Source: an uncultured virus (IMG/VR IMGVR_UViG_2837229570_000001)
Lineage: Duplodnaviria > Heunggongvirae > Uroviricota > Caudoviricetes
Strand: one strand, 5' to 3'
IMG/VR virus record: IMGVR_UViG_2837229570_000001
Length of the DNA: 64,000 nucleotides
Shown: one piece after another, positions 29,394 through 39,693 of the stretch
How the letters are laid out: every line of letters begins with the position of its first letter
How positions within the stretch are numbered: position 1 is the stretch's first letter
The notes under the pieces: generated by a model
What the model was told of the DNA's origin: nothing
What the model saw: only the letters and a program-made list of their open reading frames with translations
The model's database searches: none
Made by a program: the position numbers and the translations under genes

Positions 29394-30845
29394 TCAGTTC
29401 AGCGCGGCAGAGAGGGCATTGGGGTCAAACTCGATGATGTCCTCAATGTTTTCCGCCGGGGTGTAAGGGGTGATGTACTGATGGAAAGTCAACTTTCCGT
29501 TCAGCAGATCAGTGGTGGGGTTCTCGTCCTCGTTGAAAACGATCTCATACCGGGCGCACACACCACGGGCGACAAAGCCGTTGCCACGGACATTCTCGCT
29601 GTCCACAATGGCCTCGATCAGCCGCTTGTTGGCGGGGCTGTCCACCCGCTGGAAGTAGGTCAGGATGAAGCTGTTGGCCGCCCAAGTCAGGAAACGGCGC
29701 ACGCTGAACCAGCGATCTTTCGGGTCGCTGTTGCCCGGATAGGCAGCGGTGTTGTTGCCCCACAGACGGAAGCCGTTCATGTTCAGGAAAGTAGCCACGC
29801 CAAAGCTGTTGATGGTGTTGGCCTGCTCCTGATCGAGAACAACTTCGGTGCCGTCCGGCAGGCAGGCAGCGGACACCGCCAGCGCCTTGTTGGAGGGGCT
29901 GACATTGGGGGTGTCGTCGTTGACGGCATCCGTGTAGGCCGTGAGGGCGGCAGCCAGAGCGGAGCCGCTGTAAACGACCTTGCCCACCTTGGCATAGGGC
30001 CAGACGGCATAGGCGCTGGGGGAGCTGACAGCCTGCTTCTCCTTGGCGGTTTTCACATCGGTATACTTAGTCGCGCCGTTCTCGCCGGTGTTGATGTCCA
30101 CGATGCACACCGCGCCGAACACGCCGTTGATCTCGCGGGTCTTTGCCTGCAGAGCGGCGGCCACGGTGGCATCCTCGGAAAAGCGGGGCGCGATCAGGAT
30201 GCCGGGGGTCATGGACAGCTTGGGATAGATCTGTCTCACCACTTCAAGGCCGGTCTCCTTGCCGGTGGACACATCCACGCCGCCCACAATGTCGGCAGCG
30301 GTAACCTTGCTGGGGTCGATCTTCTTGCCGGTCACGGTCAGGGTGGCGGCCTGTTCGCCAGCGCCGCCGGAGATCAGCACGATATTGGCGGTGCCGTCGT
30401 CGTTGAAAGCCACGGTGTAGTCCTTATCCTTTTCCAGCGTAGTGCTTTCCTTTTTCACGGTCAGCTCGCCGGGGATAACGCCCACCACATCCAGCACCGC
30501 CACACCGGCATTGACGGGAACGGTGGTGCTGCTGATGTCAGCCGTGTGCTTGGCCGGGTCAAGCACATTGATCAGCACCAGAGGGCCGGAGCCTACCACG
30601 CTGAAATTGGCGCTGATAGCTTCGCAAAGAGTGAACTTGGCGAAGTCCTTGTCGTAGCCGACAGCGGCCACGGCTTCCTTGTAGTTATTCACCAGCAGCG
30701 GCACATTGACCGCCTCGGCGGGGTTGTCCAGCATATTCACAGGGGCGGTGCCCACAATGACCTGCAGACCGGCGGTGCCGGTGATCGGTGCGCTCATGCT
30801 GGTGGCCTGCTCGCTGGTGTAAACACCATGCTTGTAAGTGCCCAT
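29394..30845 (-). CDS. Tail sheath protein
   Basis: YKHGVY, SPSNK, LWGN.TAAYP and TPAE.I motifs. Confidence 0.92.
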   Translation of the reverse strand: MGTYKHGVYTSEQATSMSAPITGTAGLQVIVGTAPVNMLDNPAEAVNVPLLVNNYKEAVAAVGYDKDFAKFTLCEAISANFSVVGSGPLVLINVLDPAKHTADISSTTVPVNAGVAVLDVVGVIPGELTVKKESTTLEKDKDYTVAFNDDGTANIVLISGGAGEQAATLTVTGKKIDPSKVTAADIVGGVDVSTGKETGLEVVRQIYPKLSMTPGILIAPRFSEDATVAAALQAKTREINGVFGAVCIVDINTGENGATKYTDVKTAKEKQAVSSPSAYAVWPYAKVGKVVYSGSALAAALTAYTDAVNDDTPNVSPSNKALAVSAACLPDGTEVVLDQEQANTINSFGVATFLNMNGFRLWGNNTAAYPGNSDPKDRWFSVRRFLTWAANSFILTYFQRVDSPANKRLIEAIVDSENVRGNGFVARGVCARYEIVFNEDENPTTDLLNGKLTFHQYITPYTPAENIEDIIEFDPNALSAALN

Positions 30846-30859
30846 AGTTGTTTTCCTCC

Positions 30860-31186
30860 TTACAGTTCAGATTTGATCTTGTTATACAGGATGCTTTCGG
30901 CGGTGCCGGGAATCTCGACACGGCGGCGAACCTCCGCAAACAGATCAATAGGAACGACCAGCCCGGCAGCCGCCGGGTGTTCGTTCAGAAACGCACGCAG
31001 CGCCTCCGGCAGCTCGCCGGGGTAAACGGTGAACTGGCGGGCCACGCCGCGCACGCTGGGGCCGCAGTAAACGCGGCAGCAGGGCTTCGCAGCCTCCGCC
31101 GCCGTTTCCTTTACCTCTGCGGCCTCCGTCTGCGCTTCCCGCGCTTCGACGGCCTCCGCCGCCGCGATATTCTTTTTCGCGCTCAT
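30860..31186 (-). CDS. Small virion-associated hypothetical protein
   Basis: VYCGPS motif; position before the sheath gene. Confidence 0.55.
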   Translation of the reverse strand: MSAKKNIAAAEAVEAREAQTEAAEVKETAAEAAKPCCRVYCGPSVRGVARQFTVYPGELPEALRAFLNEHPAAAGLVVPIDLFAEVRRRVEIPGTAESILYNKIKSEL

Positions 31187-31200
31187 AAGTTGGTCCTTTC

Positions 31201-31728
31201 TCACAAGAGCCGGTACAGCTCCGTGTCCTGCGTCATGGATGGGGCGGTGCATTTGAGGAAGCAGGCCCCGAAATAGTACGGGTGACTGTCCTCGGTCTGC
31301 AAAGCCCATGTGATAGGTTTCTTCACCGTGAACGCGCCGCCGAAATACGGCGCGGTGCATACCCGCTGCACGATGTCCTCCTTGATGTTGGCGACATCTT
31401 GGAAGCCCTCGCGCTCGGTGCCCGTGTCGTAGGCGCACACAGTCAGGGAAAATTCGACCTCCTGCGGGCTGTCGTCGTCAGGAATCTGCCCGCCGATCAT
31501 CCGCACAACGATGTAGGGAGCCGCCGCCGCGTCCGTGTCCGCGTCCTCGTCGTTTTCTTCGGGGATAGGCAAGTCCTGCTTGTAGACTTTCAGGGGCTTT
31601 CGCCCGTTCTGCCCGTTGTATTTCTTCCCCTTGAAAAGCTCGGTCAGCATCTCGATCATTGCGTCTTGGCAGAGCTGTGCGGTTCTTCCGATACCCGCAG
31701 CCTCCACGGAATTTTTGTAGTCGTTCAT
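31201..31728 (-). CDS. Tail terminator-like protein
   Basis: Position; YKQDLP, PYIVVR and HPYYFG motifs. Confidence 0.6.
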   Translation of the reverse strand: MNDYKNSVEAAGIGRTAQLCQDAMIEMLTELFKGKKYNGQNGRKPLKVYKQDLPIPEENDEDADTDAAAAPYIVVRMIGGQIPDDDSPQEVEFSLTVCAYDTGTEREGFQDVANIKEDIVQRVCTAPYFGGAFTVKKPITWALQTEDSHPYYFGACFLKCTAPSMTQDTELYRLL

Positions 31729-31731
31729 GGG

Positions 31732-32427
31732 TTACGCCCTCCCGGATTTTGCAAGCACTTTCTGTACCTGTGCATTGAGGCGGTCGTGCAAAAATTCTTC
31801 CACATCCGGCTCAACCTCCGGCCAGATCGTGCGGTGCATGGCCGTGGCGCTGGGGCTTCCCAGCGTCACCAGCTTTTCAACATTGCCGTCCGCGTTCCGC
31901 CACCGGGGGCGGCCCTTTGCGGTCAGGTTATTGCCGGAGCTGGAACCGATCACACGCTGCACCATGCCGATGTGCCCGGATTTGAACTCCGCCAAAAATG
32001 CCTTGCCCCTGTTTCCCTCTCCGGGCAGCGGCTTCATGCTGCTGGCTTTCAGCACCTTGCCATACCAGACATCGGGGCCGTTGACCCACTGTGTCCCGGT
32101 ATAGTGCGTCGGGTACGGGGGATTGGTCAGGAAATAACCCAGATCATTGCGCATCTTGGCAATGTGGATTTCAGCGGAAAGGCTCTTATTGGTGGCTTTC
32201 TTGCGCTGCACAAGGTCTTTCAGGTGGCGCTTGCCCGCCGCGTTTACGGCATATCGCGCCTTGGCTTTGGCGATCATCAGCTTGCGGGCCTCTCTGGCCG
32301 TGGCGTTGATGGCGACTTTTGCCGCCGCCGGGGTTTTCCGTTTCAGGTCACCCAGCGCCCGCTCCACGGTGTCCAGCCCGTCTACCGTGATCGTCATATT
32401 GCCCGCGTCATAGGTAATACTGCTCAT
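31732..32427 (-). CDS. Minor tail Z-like protein
   Basis: AINATA, KAFLA.FKSGH.G and GSPS motifs. Confidence 0.7.
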   Translation of the reverse strand: MSSITYDAGNMTITVDGLDTVERALGDLKRKTPAAAKVAINATAREARKLMIAKAKARYAVNAAGKRHLKDLVQRKKATNKSLSAEIHIAKMRNDLGYFLTNPPYPTHYTGTQWVNGPDVWYGKVLKASSMKPLPGEGNRGKAFLAEFKSGHIGMVQRVIGSSSGNNLTAKGRPRWRNADGNVEKLVTLGSPSATAMHRTIWPEVEPDVEEFLHDRLNAQVQKVLAKSGRA

Positions 32428-32834
32428 TGACGCACCCGCTTCATCGTCATGCGATACACGCCCGCCTCGTCCTCGCAGCTCTTGATCTCGTAAGTGCGGG
32501 TCTTGCCGTCGCCTATGCCCAAGATCAGTTGCTTACCGACTTTCGGCTTGGGGCCGTAGTCCTCGGCGCGGATATACAGGATGGAGTATGCCGCGTAAAG
32601 GCCGGTGTCGAAGTTCTGCTTCGCGCCCGCCTCCCAGTGGCTCGAATGTTCTTTCAGGGTGCTTTCTTCCAGCACGATCAAACATTCTTTGCCGTCCACC
32701 GTGCGCCGTTCCGCGTGCTCGCCGCCGTTGAAGAACGCGAGGGAAATATCCGCCGCAGCGCAGTCTTTGAATGTGGGGGGCTTCCAGCCGTCCGCCGCGT
32801 TCTCATATTTCTGGTTCAGTTCAAACAGCGCCAT
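32424..32834 (-). CDS. Head-tail joining protein
   Basis: TFKD...DI...FFN..E.A motif; position after the capsid gene. Confidence 0.6.
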   Translation of the reverse strand: MALFELNQKYENAADGWKPPTFKDCAAADISLAFFNGGEHAERRTVDGKECLIVLEESTLKEHSSHWEAGAKQNFDTGLYAAYSILYIRAEDYGPKPKVGKQLILGIGDGKTRTYEIKSCEDEAGVYRMTMKRVRQ

Positions 32835-32851
32835 AGTTCCCTCCAAAGCAG

Positions 32852-32883
32852 AACCCTCGCCGGTTTCCCGGCGAGGGTCTTTT
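32852..32883. terminator. Stem-loop after the major capsid gene
   Basis: ACCCTCGCCGG/CCGGCGAGGGT. Confidence 0.55.
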
Positions 32884-32885
32884 CA

Positions 32886-33938
32886 TCAGCAGACGGTGGC
32901 TACCAGCCAGCTATCCGCCTTGTCGGGGATGGGCAGGGGGTGAGCCTGCAGCTCGATCATGCGGCGGTCAGGGTGATGCTCCACATAGCTGCGCAGAACG
33001 CGGTCAGTCTGTGCCGTCACCCACTGGCCGCTGGCATCCTCGATGTAGGTGCAAGCGCCGTAGCCCAGCATGAAGTTGGCCGCAGAGGAAATCATAATGA
33101 CCATCTTATCGGGGATAAGAGGCTTGGTTTCCTCGTTCTCCGGGTCAGTCCAATCATCCAGATAGACTTCCCGATATTCGTAGATGTCCACATTGGGCTT
33201 GTTCAGGTGGGCGATGTAACGCACGCCGTTGGGCAAATCCTTGGGATGGATGATGCCCATTTCCACGCGGCGATTGTCCAGCTTCTTCTGCACATCCTCG
33301 TCCGCGAGGAACAGTTTCAGAGCCTCCTTGCCCATGATAACCATGTCCACATTGGTAAAGCCGTTGACCAGCACCCGGCTCTCCCACTCGTCCAGATTGT
33401 CAAGGATTTTGGCGGCGCTCTGGCCCCAGCGGGCGGTGCCGGACAGCGTGACCTTGTTGGTGAAACCGAAGTCGATCACTTCATCCACGCCGTCGCCCAC
33501 AATGGGAATCTGGCCGGTGGTGATGGCCTGAACAGCCATCCATTCCTCCCGGCGCGTGGTCGCATCGTTCAGGTCGTTGTACTCGTCCATGAGCTTCTGC
33601 GCGGCCCGCTGGGCGGGGGTCATGCCGCTGTAAATGTCCTCGCCGGGCAGGCGGGTCATAAGCTGGTCAGCGGTGCTTATGGTGTAGGGATTGACCAGAG
33701 GGGGCTTGTAGCTCTCGGTCTGGTAGCCGCTGGATTTCAGCACCTTGCCGCCGACGCGGGGGTGGACAAAGGCTGCCATGCGGCGGCCGCCTTTCTTGAT
33801 GTCGATGTCCACCCGCTCGGTGACAAAGTTCTTGCGGTTGGTGAAAAAGGTATCACGGAAAAAGGTGTGGACAGGGGGAGCCTGACGCACGACCTCCGCC
33901 AGATAGCGCGGAGTGTAGATGTTCACTTCATTGGGCAT
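32886..33938 (-). CDS. Major capsid protein (lambda gpE family)
   Basis: TFFRDTFF, RRMAAFV.P, TRREEWMA and HPLPIP motifs. Confidence 0.92.
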   Translation of the reverse strand: MPNEVNIYTPRYLAEVVRQAPPVHTFFRDTFFTNRKNFVTERVDIDIKKGGRRMAAFVHPRVGGKVLKSSGYQTESYKPPLVNPYTISTADQLMTRLPGEDIYSGMTPAQRAAQKLMDEYNDLNDATTRREEWMAVQAITTGQIPIVGDGVDEVIDFGFTNKVTLSGTARWGQSAAKILDNLDEWESRVLVNGFTNVDMVIMGKEALKLFLADEDVQKKLDNRRVEMGIIHPKDLPNGVRYIAHLNKPNVDIYEYREVYLDDWTDPENEETKPLIPDKMVIMISSAANFMLGYGACTYIEDASGQWVTAQTDRVLRSYVEHHPDRRMIELQAHPLPIPDKADSWLVATVC

Positions 33939-33951
33939 TTTTTCTTCCTCC

Positions 33952-34305
33952 TTACTTCAAGAAGATGCCCAGATTCCGCAGGGCAACTTCGATGTCGGCA
34001 GCGGCAACGCCGCTGGGCAGGGCCAGACCGTCGGCAAAAAACTCGCCGGACAGGTAGATGATCGCGTCCTCGCCGCTCTCGGCAGCCTCGGCGGTGATGC
34101 CGTACAGGCCGGTGGTGGAGAGGGGATGGGAACCGTCCACGGCGGCAATGGCTTTCACCTTGCCGTCGTTGCCCAGCAGCACGGGGGCGTGGGCGGCCAG
34201 AGCGGCACCCGCCACCTTAACGGCGGTGGCAATGCCGATGGTCGTACCGGCCACGAAATAATCAGGCTGGGTGCCGAAAGTCTGCTTCGCCAAATTCATG
34301 CTCAT
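33952..34305 (-). CDS. Head decoration protein
   Basis: YGI.A..Y.SGEF..L..LR..GIFLK. Confidence 0.75.
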   Translation of the reverse strand: MSMNLAKQTFGTQPDYFVAGTTIGIATAVKVAGAALAAHAPVLLGNDGKVKAIAAVDGSHPLSTTGLYGITAEAAESGEDAIIYLSGEFFADGLALPSGVAAADIEVALRNLGIFLK

Positions 34306-34319
34306 AACTGCATCCTCCT

Positions 34320-35426
34320 TTACTTCTTGCCCAGACCCTTGATGGCATCCATGAACTCGTCATTTCCGCCGGTGGGGGTGGGCTGATTTCCTACGCCGTC
34401 AACGCCGCTGCCCGCCGCGTCGTTGGCTGCGCCCGCCAGATAGGTAGCGCCCTTGGTCTTGGCGTTCTTCACCATAGCCATAGCGTAGTCGCTGGCGCTG
34501 ATGGGCTTGGTGAACTTGGCCTCATTGGTCACTGCCTCGCTGCCGGGCAGGGCCATTTCCTCGATGTCGCGGATACGCTGGCGCTCTGCGTCCTCCGCCC
34601 GCTTTTCCGCCGCCTGCTCGATCTGGTCTACCAGCGTGGGATATGCGCTGCGCAGATCGTCCACGGTCTTGATTTCGTTTGCCATTTCTGTTACCTCCTT
34701 ATGGCAAGTTGTGTTCTCCGGCACGCCTGCCGGGCCGTTATTTACAAAACTGCTGGCGGCGGGGTCTGCTGCCAAGCTGTCCTGTACGAATTTGGGTGCC
34801 TTATCAAAAGGCAGGTGCATGTCAATGCTGTTGACGAACAGCACGCCGCCGCGATTTTCCACGACGGTATTTTCTTCGCCCACCAGCTCGTCCACAAAGC
34901 CGTTTGCCTTGGCCTGCTCGCCCGTCCACCAGCTCGTCGCATCCATCCATGCGGCAACCTCGTCTTTGGGCTTGCAGGTCTTTTTGGCGTAGAGGGTCAC
35001 GATGTTATCCCGGATGGTGGTCAGCGCGTCAATGTACTGCTGCATGGTCACGGCATCCACATAATCGCAAATGCCCATCCGCACGGGATGCACCATGTAG
35101 GTGCTGTCCGCCGCCGCCTCGACCTTGTTGCAATGGCAGGCAACGATGGTAGCGGCGCTGGCGCACAGGCCGTCAATGTGGGCCACTACCTCCGCCGCGT
35201 GCTGTTCCAGCAGATTGCCGATGGCCTGCGCGGCGAATACATCACCGCCGCCGCTGTTGATGCGCACCGTAATGCGGCTCACCGCGCCCAGCGCGTTCAG
35301 ATCGTCCGCAAACTGCTTCGGGGTCACTTCATCGCCCCACCAACTGCTGTCTGCAATGTCGCCGTAAAGCAGCAGCTCCGCGCTGCCTCCGGCCATGTTG
35401 CGAAATTGCCAAAACTTTTTAGGCAT
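34320..35426 (-). CDS. ClpP-like head maturation protease/scaffold
   Basis: RINSGGGDVF, IDGLCASAAT and YMVHP motifs. Confidence 0.9.
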   Translation of the reverse strand: MPKKFWQFRNMAGGSAELLLYGDIADSSWWGDEVTPKQFADDLNALGAVSRITVRINSGGGDVFAAQAIGNLLEQHAAEVVAHIDGLCASAATIVACHCNKVEAAADSTYMVHPVRMGICDYVDAVTMQQYIDALTTIRDNIVTLYAKKTCKPKDEVAAWMDATSWWTGEQAKANGFVDELVGEENTVVENRGGVLFVNSIDMHLPFDKAPKFVQDSLAADPAASSFVNNGPAGVPENTTCHKEVTEMANEIKTVDDLRSAYPTLVDQIEQAAEKRAEDAERQRIRDIEEMALPGSEAVTNEAKFTKPISASDYAMAMVKNAKTKGATYLAGAANDAAGSGVDGVGNQPTPTGGNDEFMDAIKGLGKK

Positions 35427-37020
35427 CGCCATTTCCTCCCGTCTTGATCTGCGGTTTTGTGATCTCGTCAACCTCCCGCTTTTGGGCGGCCTCGATCTTC
35501 CGCTGTTTGATATTGGCGCTGTAACTGCCGCCGGTCATTTGGGCGGCTTCTTCCTCCGCCGTGGAGAAACCGGCGTCCACCCGCTGCACCGCCGCGTTGA
35601 CCTCCTGCACCGGGTTCAGATTGGTGCGGGCAGGGCCGTTCCAGACACATTCCGTATATGCCTTGCGGATTGCCGGGTCGTCAAAGAATCCGGGGGCGTT
35701 GATGCGCCCGCGCGCCACGGCCTCGGCAAACCATTCCTCATAGATCGGGCGGCAGAAATCGTCCACGAATCCGTCACGCTGCATCTGGCAGGTGCGCCAA
35801 AACTCGTTGAGCGCGCCCCGCGCCGCGCTGTAAGAGGTCGTGAACTGCTTCATCATCACTTCCAGCGGAATTTCCAGAGCCGCGCCGATCTGCTTCAACA
35901 TGGCATTGGTGAAAGCGTCATAACCGGCATTGGGGTGCTTGGGGTCTGCGAAATTGACGGTTTCGCCGGGGTTCAGCCCGATAATAGCCGCAGGCCCCAG
36001 CTCAATGCTGCTGGTATCCGCGCTGTCTACCTGCTGTTCCTGCGGCAGCATTTCACCGAACGGCCTTGCGTCCGTTGCAGTTTCCGACTGTACGAACACG
36101 GTAAACATGGAGCTGATAACCGCCGCCATGATCTCCGCGTCCGTGTAGCGCCCAAGCTGCTTGATGGCTTCCAGCACGGGGGCCAGCATGGGCACGCCCC
36201 GGCGCTGCCCGATGCGCTCCCGGTCGATGATGTGCAGCACATTTCGCCGCCCTGTCTCCGCGCCGTATGCCTCCACCCGCTGCCAGCGCATTTCCTCCGG
36301 GCGCACCGTCCCGAAATTGGAGAGCGGATGCCGGTTGCAAATCCAGTAGGCGACCACCATGCCGTCCGCGTCTGTTTCAACGCCCTGCACAATGCTTGTG
36401 ACCTTATGCCCCTGCACTTCGCAGGGGGAAAGCCTGTCAAAGCCGTTCGGGCTGCATACCCGGTCAGCCTCCACCAGCCGTACCCGCAGATCGTATGGCT
36501 GCCCGGTCTGATGCTTCATGGGCAGCAGCGCGATTGCGTCACCGTTCATGCAATAGCTCAAAAACGCGAGCCGCTGCAGCTTGTAGAAGTTATCCACCCG
36601 GTCGGCATCGCAGATCGGCGTATCAGCCCACAGGGCAAATTCCCGCACGATCTGCTCCCGCAGTGCGCCCGTCTGTTCGTCGGTCAGCTTCAAATACGCG
36701 CCGTCGATCTGCGGCGCAGGGGTCAAGCCACCGGCTACAACATTGGTGCGCATGGTTTTCAGGGCTGCCGTTGCGGCGGGAACGCCCATATAAGCATCCC
36801 TGCTTCTCTGCCGCAGGACATTGATGTTGTCCTCGATGTCCTCTTTTGCGCTGCCGCCGAAATACTCCCAGCCGCGCATACTCTTTTTGGTCACATTGGC
36901 ACCGTAATTGCCGTAGCCGCTGTTGATGATGGATAGAGCCTGCCGGGCGGCAGCTCTCTTTGCCGCGTGTACCGGCGCAACGGTAGCGATGGCCCTGTCA
37001 AGGATATTCGGTTTTGCCAT
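35419..37020 (-). CDS. Portal protein (lambda family)
   Basis: LRQRSRD, R.GQRRGVP.LAP and SYSAAR motifs. Confidence 0.92.
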   Translation of the reverse strand: MAKPNILDRAIATVAPVHAAKRAAARQALSIINSGYGNYGANVTKKSMRGWEYFGGSAKEDIEDNINVLRQRSRDAYMGVPAATAALKTMRTNVVAGGLTPAPQIDGAYLKLTDEQTGALREQIVREFALWADTPICDADRVDNFYKLQRLAFLSYCMNGDAIALLPMKHQTGQPYDLRVRLVEADRVCSPNGFDRLSPCEVQGHKVTSIVQGVETDADGMVVAYWICNRHPLSNFGTVRPEEMRWQRVEAYGAETGRRNVLHIIDRERIGQRRGVPMLAPVLEAIKQLGRYTDAEIMAAVISSMFTVFVQSETATDARPFGEMLPQEQQVDSADTSSIELGPAAIIGLNPGETVNFADPKHPNAGYDAFTNAMLKQIGAALEIPLEVMMKQFTTSYSAARGALNEFWRTCQMQRDGFVDDFCRPIYEEWFAEAVARGRINAPGFFDDPAIRKAYTECVWNGPARTNLNPVQEVNAAVQRVDAGFSTAEEEAAQMTGGSYSANIKQRKIEAAQKREVDEITKPQIKTGGNGDA

Positions 37021-37031
37021 GCTCCGCCTCC

Positions 37032-37268
37032 TTACACATCACGGGGGCAGAAGTGAAACAGGCGGTTTCTGCCACCCGCTTTTTCTTCGGCCTCCGCTTC
37101 TGCCAGCTTCTTGCCCCAGTATTCCATTTCCTCCCGTATCTCTTTGAGGTTCGCCCTCGTCAGCATACGGGTGCCGATTTGGTAGCTCTGCCCGGTTGCC
37201 ACGCTTTCCTCGGCGGCAAGCCAAGTGTTTAACTTCTGCTGGCAAAGCTCCTTTGTGAAAATAGCCAT
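37032..37268 (-). CDS. Head completion protein (gpW/DUF6148-like)
   Basis: GQSYQIGTRMLTRANL. Confidence 0.8.
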   Translation of the reverse strand: MAIFTKELCQQKLNTWLAAEESVATGQSYQIGTRMLTRANLKEIREEMEYWGKKLAEAEAEEKAGGRNRLFHFCPRDV

Positions 37269-39109
37269 TATCCGATTCCTCCGTTCAATCGTCTGCGTCC
37301 CTGCCGCTGCTTGGGCGGGGCGGCGGCTTCCTGTCTCAACTGCACGGGGTTGGCGATTTCAAGGGCCGCCGTGGCGTAATTGCGCAGGTCAAGGGGTTCA
37401 TTTCGCTTGTATTTCTCGTCTTTCAGCACCCACATGGTCGTCATGCGCCCCTTGCGGAATCGCGTCACCAGCTTTTCGCTGGTCAGTCCACGGAAATAAA
37501 GCTCGTCATATCCCGCTTCCTCCGCCGCCGGGAAATGGCAGTAGTTCGGCCCCTTGGTCTTATGGGCAAGCCGCTTGTAAAGCAGCGCCTTGCCCGCGTC
37601 AACGCCGAGGATGAACAGTGGTGCCTTGACCCGGTTGTTGGTGGACGGGTCTCTGATGTATGGAACATCCGCGCCGCCCTTGCCCTTGATGGCAAGCACG
37701 CGCCGGTCATATCGCTCTTTGCAGAACGAGTAAACCGCGTTGGCATGGTGGCCGCCGCTGTCCACGCAGCAGGCCAATATGCGCATGGGCGTACCGTCTT
37801 TTTTGTAGAACGCGCTCAACAAGAAAGCGTCAAGGTCGTTCCACACCTGTTCTTTCAGCAGGTCGCCGTATATCTTCTGATAGCGGATGCCCCAGCTCTC
37901 CTTGCCGATGCCCCAGCCGACCACTTCAACCTCAAAGCGATCATCCTGCACATCGACACCGGCTGTCAGCACCAGCACATCGTCCGGCACTTCCGCCTCA
38001 TAGATTTCCCGCCGCTGGAACAGGTCGCCGTCCTCCAACTGCTCGCCCTGTTCCTCCCATGTCTCGCCCAGCTCCGTGTTGACCCAGACTTTCATGCCCT
38101 CCGGGTTTCCCTGTTCAAGCTGTTCATGGGCAACGGCAAACTTCTGCACGATCTCGTTCCACCCGCAAAAGGTGGAAGCAAGGGTGTTCAGGTGGAAGCC
38201 CCGCGCCTCCGCCGTCGGATTTTCCGCCACGAAGCGCCCGCGTTTGCTGGCTTTCTTCCATGCGTATTCGCTGCTCAAAACGCCGCAGCGCTCGCAGGCG
38301 TATTCCACCGGCGCGGAGAGATCGTCTTTATCGAACTTGACCCCGCCCCACACAAGGGGCTGATAGTGCCCGCACTCTGGGCACGGTACATTCCATTCCT
38401 CCCGCGTGGACTGATTGAACTCTGTTTCAATGCGGCTGTGTCCCTTGATAACCGGGGTGCTGACCATAACGGTTTTCTTGTCCCAAAAGGTCGTCTGCCG
38501 CTTCTGGGCAAGGCTCAAAGGGTCGCCCTCGGTTCCGGCGCTGGTGGGGTATCGGTCTACCTCGTCGGCCAGCAGAACTTTGATCGGGCGGCTGGCAAGG
38601 CCGGTAGCACTGTTTGCGCCTACGATGGTGATGTGCCCGCCGGGGAAATTCTTTTTCAAGATCGTGTTCCCGGAGTATCGGCTTTTGGTATCGACCTTAT
38701 CCCGCAGCTCCGGCGTGTCCCGCAGCATAGGTGCAAGGCGGTCTTTGGAAAAGGTCTGCCCCATGTCCAATGTCGGCTGCATGACCAGCATCGGGGCGGG
38801 GGCGTAATCCATGTAGTAGCCGATGGTGTTCAGGATAAAGGCATCCGTTTTGCCGATCTGCGCAGCGGACATGATAACCACCTTGCGCACATGGGGGTCG
38901 CCGATGGCATCCATGATCTCCCTCTGATACGGGGCTTTGTCTGTGTGCCAGCGTCCCGGCTCCGCGCTGCTCTCCGCCGATAGCATCCTGTATCGGTCTG
39001 CCCACTGGGAAAGCGTCAGCTCCGGCGGCGGTTTCAACACCGCCACACATCGGGCCAGCATTTCCAGCGTGCTTTCCGGGATGTCAACGGTGCTGTTCCG
39101 GCTTGGCAT
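37268..39109 (-). CDS. Terminase large subunit (GpA family)
   Basis: SAQIGKT Walker A, LADEVD, GVDVQD and RNEPLD motifs. Confidence 0.95.
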   Translation of the reverse strand: MPSRNSTVDIPESTLEMLARCVAVLKPPPELTLSQWADRYRMLSAESSAEPGRWHTDKAPYQREIMDAIGDPHVRKVVIMSAAQIGKTDAFILNTIGYYMDYAPAPMLVMQPTLDMGQTFSKDRLAPMLRDTPELRDKVDTKSRYSGNTILKKNFPGGHITIVGANSATGLASRPIKVLLADEVDRYPTSAGTEGDPLSLAQKRQTTFWDKKTVMVSTPVIKGHSRIETEFNQSTREEWNVPCPECGHYQPLVWGGVKFDKDDLSAPVEYACERCGVLSSEYAWKKASKRGRFVAENPTAEARGFHLNTLASTFCGWNEIVQKFAVAHEQLEQGNPEGMKVWVNTELGETWEEQGEQLEDGDLFQRREIYEAEVPDDVLVLTAGVDVQDDRFEVEVVGWGIGKESWGIRYQKIYGDLLKEQVWNDLDAFLLSAFYKKDGTPMRILACCVDSGGHHANAVYSFCKERYDRRVLAIKGKGGADVPYIRDPSTNNRVKAPLFILGVDAGKALLYKRLAHKTKGPNYCHFPAAEEAGYDELYFRGLTSEKLVTRFRKGRMTTMWVLKDEKYKRNEPLDLRNYATAALEIANPVQLRQEAAAPPKQRQGRRRLNGGIG

Positions 39110-39224
39110 GGCCTTTCTCCTTTACGCAGAACGGAAAGAGGCACAGGTATTTCCGATCATCCACTTTCCGCCCCCAGACGCATCCCTTGCACTTGCACTT
39201 GTCTTTCTTCTCATTCTTCGCCAT
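39084..39224 (-). CDS. Small Cys-rich hypothetical protein (not in the ORF track)
   Basis: MAKNEKKDKCKCKGCVWG..CLFPFC; fills the gap between the terminase genes. Confidence 0.4.
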   Translation of the reverse strand: MAKNEKKDKCKCKGCVWGRKVDDRKYLCLFPFCVKEKGHAKPEQHR

Positions 39225-39693
39225 CTCCGTCACCGTCCCTTGCGGCAAAAGCCACGCGGTAATCGCTCAATTCCTCCAACGCCTCGTCGATAGCCTGTTT
39301 CAGCTCGTCAAAAATGGCGGTTTGGTTTCCGCCCATGCTGGCAAGCGTGGGGGAGAGCTTGGCGGGCAGCGCAAGGAAGCGCCCACGGATATTCAAAAAC
39401 ACGGTTTTCAATCCGGCTTCAATGTCCTGCGTGCGGTGCAGCTCGCCCATCCGCAGCTTGTTTTCCATCTCCGCCGCCTCGCGTTTGGCGCGGGTCAGCC
39501 CCGCCCGCTCGTCGTTGAGATTGATCTTCCCGCTGCCATTGCGCAGGAAAGTAATGTATTTCGTCACCGTCGCCTGCAGGTCGTAAAGCCCCGGCTGCTT
39601 TTCGGAGATCACGCCCTCGTCCCGGAGCTGCCGCACCCGGCGCTCGGTCAAACCCAGCCATGCCGCCACGACCTTACTTGTGTATAGCTTCAT
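39211..39693 (-). CDS. Terminase small subunit (Nu1-like)
   Basis: A.WLGLT.RRVRQL..EG.I HTH; ERA.L.RAKRE.AE. Confidence 0.85.
   Translation of the reverse strand: MKLYTSKVVAAWLGLTERRVRQLRDEGVISEKQPGLYDLQATVTKYITFLRNGSGKINLNDERAGLTRAKREAAEMENKLRMGELHRTQDIEAGLKTVFLNIRGRFLALPAKLSPTLASMGGNQTAIFDELKQAIDEALEELSDYRVAFAARDGDGDGEE

Noticed and set aside
17343..38983. Long plus-strand ORFs (e.g. 17343-18731, 22612-24309, 24462-26696, 28770-31025)
   Set aside because: Antisense shadows of high-GC structural genes, with no motifs or RBS
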